Positions 1 through 10,517 of a stretch of DNA of 17,444 nucleotides are shown in pieces. Each line of letters begins with the position of its first letter. Positions within the stretch are counted from its first letter, which is position 1. The stretch spans positions 1 to 17,444 of the forward strand of contig NEEC01000371.1 in NCBI GenBank assembly GCA_002189035.1, in the 5' to 3' direction. The DNA is from Utricularia gibba. Its lineage: Eukaryota > Plantae > Magnoliophyta. The notes under the pieces were generated by a model. That model did no database searches. It had not been told where the DNA came from and saw nothing but the letters and a program-made list of their open reading frames with translations. The translations under genes were made by a program, and so were the position numbers.

Positions 1-2178
1 CTCATGACATCCTAACTTCAGCAAATGCATCACGATTTTCATCGAGTAGCACCCGATTGGGCTCAGGAGCCAGACCGAACTTGGGCCCTAACAAAGCTGC
101 CAACGACAGCACTCGCCTTAAAAACGGCAAGCTATTGCTTGAAAAACCATTTAGGCAGCCGCCGAAAACCCATCGTTGATAAATGCATCACTTATTTTCC
201 GGGCTACAACTGACTATGGCCTGAGCCCGACCCGACCTCTGGCCCAATCCCGAAACCCTCCGAGAGCGCCTTCTCAAATATATAGCAGAGTGTTGAGAAA
301 ACCCATTGGGGTTCTCATGACATCCTAACTAAAGCAAATGCATTACGATTTCGTCGAGTACGACCCCGATTGGGCTTTAGTAGCCAGACCGAATCTCGGG
401 CCCTGACAAAGCTCCAACTACAGCACCCACCTTAAAACGGCAAGCTGTTGCTTGAAAAACCATTTAGGCAGCCGCCGAAAACCCATCGTTGATAAATGCA
501 TCACTTATTTTCCGGGCTACAACTGACTATTGGCCTGAGCCCGACCCGACCTCTGGCCCAATCCGAAACCCCGAGGCGCTTCTCAAATATATAGCAGAGT
601 GTTGAGAAAACCCATTGGGGTTCTCATGACATCCTAACTACATCAAATGCGTTACGATTTTTCGTCGAGTGCGACCCGATTGGGCTTAGTAGCCAGACCG
701 AATCTCGGGCCGGACAAAGCTCCCAACGACAGCACCCGCCTTTAAATGGCAAGCTGTTGCTTGAAAAACCATGTGGGCAGCCGCCGACAACCCAACGTTA
801 ATAAATGCATCACTTCTTTTGCCGGGCTACAGCTGACTATGGGCTCAAGCCCGACCCGAATCCGGCCCGATCTCGGTGACCCACAAAAGCGCCTTGTCAA
901 GTGTAAAGCATGCTGTTGAAAAACCATTTGGGGTGGTCATGAGATCCTAACTTCAATAAAGGTATCACGATTTTCGTCGAATGGGAACAGATTGTGCTGT
1001 GAAGTCAGACCAAACCTTGGGTCCTCACAAAGTTCCCAACAACAGCACCCGCCAAAAAACGACAACTTTTCCTTCAAAAAGCATGTAGGCAGCCACCGAA
1101 AACCCAACGTTAATAAATGCATCACTTCTTTGGCCGGGCTACAAATGACTATGGGCCAGAGCGCGACTCGACCATTTGCTCGATACTGGAGCCGCCTAGA
1201 GCGCCTCCTCAAATATAAATCAGGTTGTTGAGAAAACCATTTGGGGTTCTCATGACATCCTAACTAAAGCGAATGCATACGATTTCGTCGAGTACGACCC
1301 GATTGGGCTTAGTAGCCAGACCGAATCTCGGGCCCGGACAAAGCTCCCAACTACAGCACCCACCTTAAAACGGCAAGCTGTTGCTTGAAAACCATTTAGG
1401 CAGCCGCTGAATACCCAACGTTGATAAATGCATCACTTATTTTCCGGGCCACAACTGACTATGGGCCTGAGCCGACCCGACCTCTGGCCCAATCCTGAAA
1501 CCCCCAAGAGCGCCTTCTGAAATATAAAGTAGAGTGTTGAGAAAACCCATTGGGGTTCTCATGACATCCTAACTACAACAAATGCATTACGATTTTCGTC
1601 GAGTGCGACCCGATTGGGCTTAGTAGCCAGACCGAATCTCGGGCCGGACAAAGCTCCCAACGACAGCACCCGCCTTAAATGGCAAGCTGTTGCTTGAAAA
1701 ACCATGTGGGCAGCCGCCGACAACCCAACGTTAATAAATGCATCACTTCTTTGCCGGGCTACAGCTGACTTTGGGCTCAAGACCGACCCGAATCCGGCCG
1801 ATCTCGGTGACCCACAAAAGCGCCTTGTCAAGTGTAAAGCATGCTGTTGAAAAAACCATTTGGGGTGGTCATGAGATCCTAACTTCAATAAAGGTGTCAC
1901 GATTTTCGTCGAATGGGATCGGATTGTGCTGTGAAGTCAGACCGAACCTTGGGTCCGGACGAAGTTCCCAACAACAGCACCCGCAAAAAAACGACAACTT
2001 TTCCTCGAAAAAGCATGTAGGCAGCCACGAAAACCCAACGTTAATAAATGCATCACTTTTTGGCCGGGCTACAAATGACTATGGGCCAGAGCGCGACTCG
2101 ACCATTTGCTCGATACTAGTGCCAGCCTAGAGCGCCTCCTCAAATATAAATCAGGTTGTTGAGAAAACCATTTGGGTG
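1..2178. repeat. 7-mer HOR unit A-B-C-D-B'-C'-D' (2178 bp)
   Basis: Monomer heads after CCTAACT: A = TCAGCAAATGCATCACG (1), B = AAAGCAAATGCATTACG (314), C = ACATCAAATGCGTTACG (623), D = TCAATAAAGGTATCACG (936), B' = AAAGCGAATGCATACG (1249), C' = ACAACAAATGCATTACG (1558), D' = TCAATAAAGGTGTCACG with GGGATCGGATTG (1868). Confidence 0.92.
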
Positions 2179-3107
2179 CTCATGACATCCTAACTTCAAA
2201 AAAATGCATCACGATTTTCATCGAGTAGCACCCGATTGGGCTCAGGAGCCAGACCGAACCTTGGGCCCTTACAAAGCTGCCAACGACAGCACCCGCCTTA
2301 AAATGGCAAGCTATTGCTTGAAAAACCATTCAGGCAGCCGCCGAAAACCCAACGTTGATAAATGCATCACTTATTTTCCGGGCTACAACTGACTATGGGC
2401 CTAGCCCGACCCGACCTCTGGCCCAATCCGAAACCCCCCAAGAGCGCCTTCTGAAATATAAAGTAGAGTGTTGAGAAAACCCATTGGGGTTCTCATGACA
2501 TCCTAACTAAAGCAAATGCATTACGATTTCGTCGAGTACGACCCGATTGGCTTAGTAGCCAGACCGAATCTCGGGCCCTGACAAAGCTCCCAACTACAGC
2601 ACCCACCTTAAAACGGCAAGCTGTTGCTTGAAAAACCATTTAGGCAGCCGCCGAAAACCCAACGTTGATAAATGCATCACTTATTTTCCGGGCCAACTGA
2701 CTATGGCCTGAGCCCGACCCGACCTCTGGCCCAATCCGAAACCCCCAAGAGCGCCTTCTGAAATATAAAGTAGAGTGTTGAGAAAACCCATTGGGGTTCT
2801 CATGACATCCTAACTACAGCAAATGCGTTACGATTTTCGTCGAGTGCGACCCGATTGGGCTTAGTAGCCAGACCGAATCTCGGGCCGGACAAAGCTCCCA
2901 ACGACAGCACCCGCCTTTAAATGGCAAGCTGTTGCTTGAAAAACCATGTGGGCAGCCGCCGACAACCCAACGTTAATAAATGCATCACTTTTTTGGCCGG
3001 CTACAAATGACTATGGGCCAGAGCGCGACCGACCATTTGCTCGATACTGGGTGCCCCTAGAGCGCCTCCTCAATATAAATCAGGTTGTTGAAAAACCATT
3101 TGGGGTG
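2179..3107. repeat. 3-mer HOR variant A-B-E (929 bp)
   Basis: A at 2179, B at 2492, hybrid E (C-type first half, D-type second half) at 2799; the next A starts at 3108. Confidence 0.88.
2799..3107. repeat. Hybrid monomer E copy 1 (C-type head, D-type tail)
   Basis: First half is C-type (GCGTTACG, AAACCATGTGGGCAGCCGCCGACAA). Second half is D-type (CTACAAATGACTATGGGCCAGAGCGCGAC, CCATTTGCTCGATACTGG, ATAAATCAGGTTG). Confidence 0.9.
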
Positions 3108-4971
3108 CTCATGACATCCTAACTTCAGCAAATGCATCACGATTTTCATCGAGTAGCACCCGATTGGGCTCAGGAGCCAGACCGAACCTTGGGCCCTAAC
3201 AAAGCTGCCAACGACAGCACTCGCCTTAAAACGGCAAGCTATTGCTTGAAAAACATTTAGGCAGCCGCCGAAAACCCAACGTTATAAATGCATCACTTAT
3301 TTTCCGGGCTACAACTGACTATGGCCTGAGCCCGACCCGACTCTGGCCCAATCCCGAAACCCCTCCGAGAGCGCCTTCTCAAATATATAGCAGAGTGTTG
3401 AGAAACCCATTGGGGTTCATGACATCCTAACTAAAGCAAATGCATTACGATTTCGTCGAGTACGACCCGATTGGGCTTAGTAGCCAGACCGAATCTCGGG
3501 CCCTGACAAAGCTCCCAACTACAGCACCCACCTTAAAACGGCAAGCTGTTGCTTGAAAAACCATTTAGGCAGCCGCCGAAACCCCATCGTTGATAAATGC
3601 ATCACTTATTTTCCGGGCTACAACTGACTATGGCCTGAGCCCGACCCGACCTCTGGCCCAATCCCGAAACCCTCCGCGCCTTCTCAAATATATAGCAGAG
3701 TGTTGAGAAAACCCATTGGGGTTCTCATGACATCCTAACTACATCAAATGCGTTACGATTTTCGTCGAGTGCGACCCGATTGGGCTTAGTAGCCAGACCG
3801 AATCTCGGGCCGGACAAAGCTCCCAACGACAGCACCGCCTTTAAATGGCAAGCTGTTGCTTGAAAAACCATGTGGGCAGCCGCCGACAACCCAACGTTAA
3901 TAAATGCATCACTTCTTTTGCCGGGCTACAGCTGACTATGGGCTCAAGCCCGACCCGAATCCGGCCCGATCTCGGTGACCCACAAAAGCGCCTTGTCAAG
4001 TGTAAAGCATGCTGTTGAAAAAACCATTTGGGGTGGTCATGAGATCCTAACTTCAATAAAGGTATCACGATTTTCGTCGAATGGGAACAGATTGTGCTGT
4101 GAAGTCAGACCAAACCTTGGGTCCTCACAAAGTTCCCAACAACAGCACCCGCCAAAAAACGACAACTTTTCCTTCAAAAAGCATGTAGGCAGCCACCGAA
4201 AACCCAACGTTAATAAATGCATCACTTCTTTGGCCGGGCTACAAATGACTATGGGCTAGAGCGCGACTCGACCATTTGCTCGATACTGGAGCCCGCCTAG
4301 AGCGCCTCCTCAAATATAAATCAGGTTGTTGAGAAAACCATTTGGGGTTCTCATGACATCCTAACTAAAGCGAATGCATACGATTTCGTCGAGTACGACC
4401 CGATTGGGCTTAGTAGCCAGACCGAATCTCGGGCCCTGACAAAGCTCCCAACTACAGCACCCACCTTAAAACGGCAAGCTGTTGCTTGAAAAACCATTTA
4501 GGCAGCCGCTGAATACCCAACGTTGATAAATGCATCACTTATTTTCCGGGCCACAACTGACTATGGGCCTGAGCCCGACCCGACCTCTGGCCCAATCCTG
4601 AAACCCCCCAAGAGCGCTTTCTGAAATATAAAGTAGAGTGTTGAGAAAACCCATTGGGGTTTCATGACATCCTAACTACAGCAAATGCGTTACGTTTTTC
4701 GTCGAGTGCGACCCGATTGGGCTTAGTAGCCAGACCGAATCTCGGCCGGACAAAGCTCCAACGACAGCACCCGCCTTTAAATGGCAAGCTGTTGCTTGAA
4801 AAACCATGTGGGCAGCCGCCGACAACCCAACGTTAATAAATGCATCACTTTTTTGGCCAGGCTACAAATGACTATGGGCCAGAGCCGACTCGACCATTTG
4901 CTCGATACTGGTGCCCGCCTAGAGCGCCTCCTCAAATATAAATCAGGTTGTTGAGAATACCATTTGGGGTG
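3108..4971. repeat. 6-mer HOR variant A-B-C-D-B'-E (1864 bp)
   Basis: A 3108, B ~3416, C 3724, D 4036, B' 4350, E 4661. Confidence 0.9.
4661..4971. repeat. Hybrid monomer E copy 2
   Basis: Same C-head/D-tail structure; carries GGCCAGGCTAC and GAGAATACCATT variants. Confidence 0.9.
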
Positions 4972-6756
4972 CTCATGACATCCTAACTTCAGCAAATGCA
5001 TCACGATTTTCATCGAGTAGCACCCGATTGGGCTCAGGAGCCAGACCGAACCTTGGGCCCTAACAAAGCTGCCAACGACAGCACTCGCCTTAAAACGGCA
5101 AGCTATTGCTTGAAAACCATTTAGGTCGTTGATAAATGCATCACTTATTTTCCGGGCTACAACTGACTATGGCCTGAGCCCGACCCGACCTCTGGCCCAA
5201 TCCCGAAACCCAGAGCGCCTTCTCAAATATTAGCAGAGTGTTGAGAAAAACCCATTGGGGTTCTCATGACATGCAAATGCATTACGATTTCGTCGAGTTT
5301 GGGCTTAGTAGCCAGACCGAAACAAAGCTTACAGCACTTAAAACGGCAAGCTAGAGCCGCCGAAAACCCATCGTTGATAAATGCATCACTTATTTTCCGG
5401 GCTACAACTGACTATGGCCTGAGCCCGACCCGACCGGCCCAATCCCGAAACCCTCCGAGGGCGCCTTCTCAAATATATAGCAGAGTGTTGAGAAAACCCA
5501 TTGGGGTTCTCATGACATCCTAACTACATCAAATGCGTTACGATTTTCGTCGAGTGCGACCCGATTGGCTTAGTAGCCAGACCGAATCTCGGCCGGACAA
5601 AGCTCCCAACGACAGCACCCGCCTTTAAATGGCAAGCTGTTGCTTGAAAAACCATGTGGGCAGCCGCCGACAACCCAACGTTAATAAATGCATCACTTCT
5701 TTTGCCGGGCTACAGCTGACTATGGGCTCAAGCCCGACCCGAATCCGGCCCGATCTCGGTGACCCACAAAAGCGCCTTGTCAAGTGTAAAGCATGCTGTT
5801 GAAAAAACCATTTGGGGTGGTCATGAGATCCTAACTTCAATAAAGGTATCACGATTTTCGTCGAATGGGAACAGATTGTGCTGTGAAGTCAGACCAAACC
5901 TTGGGTCCTCACAAAGTTCCCAACAACAGCACCCGCCAAAAAACGACAACTTTTCCTTCAAAAAGCATGTAGGCAGCACCGAAAACCCAACGTTAATAAA
6001 TGCATCACTTCTTTGGCCGGGCTACAAATGACTATGGGCCAGAGCGCGACTCGACCATTTGCTCGATACTGGAGCTCGCCTAGAGCGCCTCCTCAAATAT
6101 AAATCAGGTTGTTGAGAAAACCATTTGGGGTTCTCATGACATCCTAACTAAAGCGAATGCATACGATTTCGTCGAGTACGACCCGATTGGGCTTAGTAGC
6201 CAGACCGAATCTCGGGCCCTGACAAAGCTCCCAACTACAGCACCCACCTTAAAACGGCAAGCTGTTGCTTGAAAAACCATTTAGGCAGCCGCTGAATACC
6301 CAACGTTGATAAATGCATCACTTATCTTCCCGGGCCACAACTGACTATGGGCCTGAGCCCGACCCGACCTCTGGCCCAATCCTGAAACCCCCAAGAGCGC
6401 CTTCTGAAATATAAAGTAGAGTGTTGAGAAAACCCATTGGGGTTCTCATGACATCCTAACTACAGCAAATGCGTTACGATTTTCGTCGAGTGCGACCCGA
6501 TTGGCTTAGTAGCCAGACCGAATCTCGGGCCGGACAAAGCTCCCAACGACAGCACCCGCCTTTAAAATGGCAAGCTGTTGCTTGAAAAACCATGTGGGCA
6601 GCCGCCGACAACCCAACGTTAATAAATGCATCACTTTTTTGGCCAGGCTACAAATGACTATGGGCCAGAGCGCGACTCGACCATTTGCTCGATACTGGTG
6701 CCCCTAGAGCGCCTCCTCAAATACAAATCAGGTTGTTGAGAATACCATTTGGGGTG
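4972..6756. repeat. 6-mer HOR variant A-B(deleted)-C-D-B'-E (1785 bp)
   Basis: A 4972 (17-bp deletion), B 5263 (246 bp, several deletions), C 5509, D 5820, B' 6133, E 6445. Confidence 0.9.
6445..6756. repeat. Hybrid monomer E copy 3
   Basis: Same C-head/D-tail structure; shares GGCCAGGCTAC and GAGAATACCATT with copy 2. Confidence 0.9.
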
Positions 6757-8943
6757 CTCATGACATCCTAACTTCAGCAAATGCATCACGATTTTCATCG
6801 AGTAGCACCCGATTGGGCTCAGGAGCCAGACCGAACCTTGGGCCCTAACAAAGCTGCCAACGACAGCACTCGCCTTAAAACGGCAAGCTATTGCTTGAAA
6901 AACCATTTAGGCAGCCGCCGAAAACCCATCGTTGATAAATGCATCACTTATTTTCCGGGCTACAACTGACTATTGGCCTGAGCCCGACCCGACCTCTGGC
7001 CCAATCCCGAAACCCTCGAGAGCGCCTTCTCAAATATTAGCAGAGTGTTGAGAAAACCCATTGGGGTTCTCATGACATCCTAACTAAAGCAAATGCATTA
7101 CGATTTCGTCGAGTACGACCCGATTGGGTTTAGTAGCCAGACCGAATCTCGGGCCCTGACAAAGCTCCCAACTACAGCACCCACCTTAAAACGGCAAGCT
7201 GTTGCTTGAAAAACCATTTAGGCAGCCGCCGAAAACCCATCGTTGATAAATGCATCACTTATTTTCCGGGCTACAACTGACTATTGGCCTGAGCCCGACC
7301 CGACCTCTGGCCCAATCCCGAAACCCTCCGAGGGCGCCTTCTCAAATATATAGCAGAGTGTTGAGAAAACCCATTGGGGTTCTCATGACATCCTAACTAC
7401 ATCAAATGCGTTACGATTTTCGTCGAGTGCGACCCGATTGGGCTTAGTAGCCAGACCGAATCTCGGGCCGGACAAAGCTCCCAACGACAGCACCCGCCTT
7501 TAAATGGCAAGCTGTTGCTTGAAAAACCATGTGGGCAGCCGCCGACAACCCAACGTTAATAAATGCATCACTTCTTTTGCCGGGCTACAGCTGACTATGG
7601 GCTCAAGCCCGACCCGAATCCGGCCCGATCTCGGTGACCCACAAAAGCGCCTTGTCAAGTGTAAAGCATGCTGTTGAAAAAACCATTTGGGTGGTCATGA
7701 GATCCTAACTTCAATAAGGTATCACGATTTTCGTCGAATGGGAACAGATTGTGCTGTGAAGTCAGACCAACCTTGGGTCCTCACAAAGTTCCCAACAACA
7801 GCACCCGCCAAAAAACGACAACTTTTCCTTCAAAAAGCATGTAGGCAGCCACCGAAAACCCAACGTTAATAAATGCATCACTTCTTTTGGCCGGGCTACA
7901 AATGACTATGGGCCAGAGCGCGACTCGACCATTTGCTCGATACTGGAGCCCGCCTAGAGCGCCTCCTCAAATATAAATCAGGTTGTTGAGAAAACCATTT
8001 GGGGTTCTCATGACATCCTAACTAAAGCGAATGCATACGATTTCGTCGAGTACGACCCGATTGGGCTTAGTAGCCAGACCGAATCTCGGGCCCTGACAAA
8101 GCTCCCAACTACAGCACCCACCTTAAAACGCCAAGCTGTTGCTTGAAAAACCATTTAGGCAGCCGCCGAAAACCCAACGTTGATAAATGCATCACTTATT
8201 TTCCGGGCCACAACTGACTATGGGCCTGAGCCCGACCCGACCTCTGGCCCAATCCTGAAACCCCCAAGAGCGCCTTCTCAAATATATAGCAGAGTGTTGA
8301 GAAAACCAATTGGGGTTCTCATGACATCCTAACTACAACAAATGCATTACGATTTTCGTCGAGTGCGACCCGATTGGGCTTAGTAGCCAGACCGAATCTC
8401 GGGCCGGACAAAGCTCCCAGCGACAGCACCCGCCTTAAATGGCAAGCTGTTGCTTGAAAAACCATGTGGGCAGCCGCCGACAACCCAACGTTAATAAATG
8501 CATCACTTCTTTTGCCGGGCTACAGCTGACTTTGGGCTCAAGACCGACCCGAATCCGGCCCGATCTCGGTGACCCACAAAAGCGCCTTGTCAAGTGTAAA
8601 GCATGCTGTTGAAAAAACCATTTGGGGTGGTCATGAGATCCTAACTTCAATAAAGGTATCACGATTTTCGTCGAATGGGAATAGATTGTGCTGTGAAGTC
8701 AGACCAAACCTTGGGTCCTCACAAAGTTCCCAACAACAGCACCCGCCAAAAAAACGACAACTTTTCCTTCAAAAAGCATGTAGGCAGCCACCGAAAACCC
8801 AACGTTAATAAATGCATCACTTCTTTGGCCGGGCTACAAATGACTATGGGCCAGAGCGCGACTCGACCATTGCTCGATACTGGTGCCCGCCTAGAGCGCC
8901 TCCTCAAATATAAATCAGGTTGTTGAGAAAACCATTTGGGGTG
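6757..8943. repeat. 7-mer HOR unit A-B-C-D-B'-C'-D (2187 bp)
   Basis: A 6757, B 7069, C 7382, D 7694, B' 8007, C' 8318, D 8630. Confidence 0.92.
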
Positions 8944-10517
8944 CTCATGACATCCTAACTTCAGCAAATGCATCACGATTTTCATCGAGTAGCACCCGAT
9001 TGGGCTCAGAAGCCAGACCGAACCTTGGCCCTAACAAAGCTGCCAACGACAGCACTCGCCTTAAAACGGCAAGCTATTGCTTGCCAACGACAGCACCGCC
9101 TTAAAACGGCAAGCTATTGCTTGAAAAACCATTTGGGCAGCCGCCGAAAACCCATCGTTGATAAATGCATCACTTATTTTCCGGGCTACAACTGACTATG
9201 GGCCTGAGCCGACCCGACTCTGGCCCAATCCCGAAACCCCAAGAGCGCCTTCTCAAATATACAGAGTGTTGAGAAAACCCATTGGGGTTCTCATGACATC
9301 CTAGCAAATGCATTACGATTTGTCGAGTACGACCCGATTGGGCTTAGTAGCCAGACCGAATCTCGGGCCCTGACAAAGCTCCCAACTACAGCACCCACCT
9401 TAAAACGGCAAGCTGTTGCTTGAAAAACCATTTGGGCAGCCGCCGAAACCCAACGTTGATAAATGCATCACTTATTTTCCGGGCTACAACTGACTATGGG
9501 CCTGAGCCCGACCCGACCTCTGGCCCAATCTGAAACCCGAGCGCCTTCTCAAATATATAGCAGAGTGTTGAGAAAACCATTGGGGTTCTCATGACATCCT
9601 AACTAAGCAAATGCATTACGATTTCGTCGAGTAGACCCGATTGGGCTTAGTAGCCAGACCGAATCTCGGGCCCTGACAAAGCTCCAACTACAGCACCCAC
9701 CTTAAAACGGCAAGCTGTTGCTTGAAAAACCATTTAGGCAGCCGCCGAAAACCCAACGTTGATAAATGCATCACTTATTTTCCGGGCTACAACTGACTAT
9801 GGGCCTGAGCCCGACCCGACCTCTGGCCCAATCCTGAAACCCCCAAGAGCGCCTTCTCAAATATATAGCAGAGTGTTGAAAAACCATTGGGGTTCTCATG
9901 ACATCCTAACTACAACAAATGCATTACGATTTTCGTCGAGTGCGACCCGATTGGGCTTAGTAGCCAGACCGAATCTCGGGCCGGACAAAGCTCCAACGAC
10001 AGCACCCGCCTTAAATGGCAAGCTGTTGCTTGAAAAACCATGTGGGCAGCCGCCGACAACCCAACGTTAATAAATGCATCACTTCTTTTGCCGGGCTACA
10101 GCTGACTATGGGCTCAAGCCCGACCCGAATCCGGCCCGATCTCGGTGACCCACAAAAGCGCCTTGTCAAGTGTAAAGCATGCTGTTGAAAAAACCATTTG
10201 GGGTGGTCATGAGATCCTAACTTCAATAAAGGTATCACGATTTTCGTCGAATGGGAAAGATTGTGCTGTGAAGTCAGACCAAACCTTGGGTCCTCACAAA
10301 GTTCCCAACAACAGCACCCGCCAAAAAACGACAACTTTTCCTTCAAAAAGCATGTAGGCAGCCACCGAAAACCCAACGTTAATAAATGCATCACTTTTTG
10401 GCCGGGCTACAAATGACTATGGGCCAGAGCGCGACTCGACCATTTGCTCGATACTGGTGCCCGCCTAGAGCGCCTCCTCAAATATAAATCAGGTTGTTGA
10501 GAAAACCATTTGGGGTG
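8944..10517. repeat. 5-mer HOR variant A(+40-bp duplication)-B-B-C'-D (1574 bp)
   Basis: A 8944 (346 bp), B 9290, a second B at 9588, C'-headed monomer 9895, D 10206. Confidence 0.87.
9041..9121. repeat. Internal ~40-bp direct tandem duplication inside an A monomer
   Basis: TGCCAACGACAGCACTCGCCTTAAAACGGCAAGCTATTGCT (9041-9081) is followed directly by TGCCAACGACAGCACCGCCTTAAAACGGCAAGCTATTGCT (9082-9121). All other A monomers carry one copy. Confidence 0.9.

Noticed and set aside
118-200. ~10-bp phased A-tracts (bent DNA)
   Set aside because: A/T runs at about 120, 142, 165, 181 and 194 are only loosely in helical phase. This is too weak to claim without a periodicity or curvature calculation.
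340-380. CENP-B box-like motif (TTCGTCGAG...CCCG)
   Set aside because: The required core TTCGnnnnAnnCGGG is not matched on either strand at the CpG-rich sites I checked.
5271-5278. Octamer motif ATGCAAAT
   Set aside because: It is created by a private 10-bp deletion in the possibly artefactual region and is absent from intact monomers.
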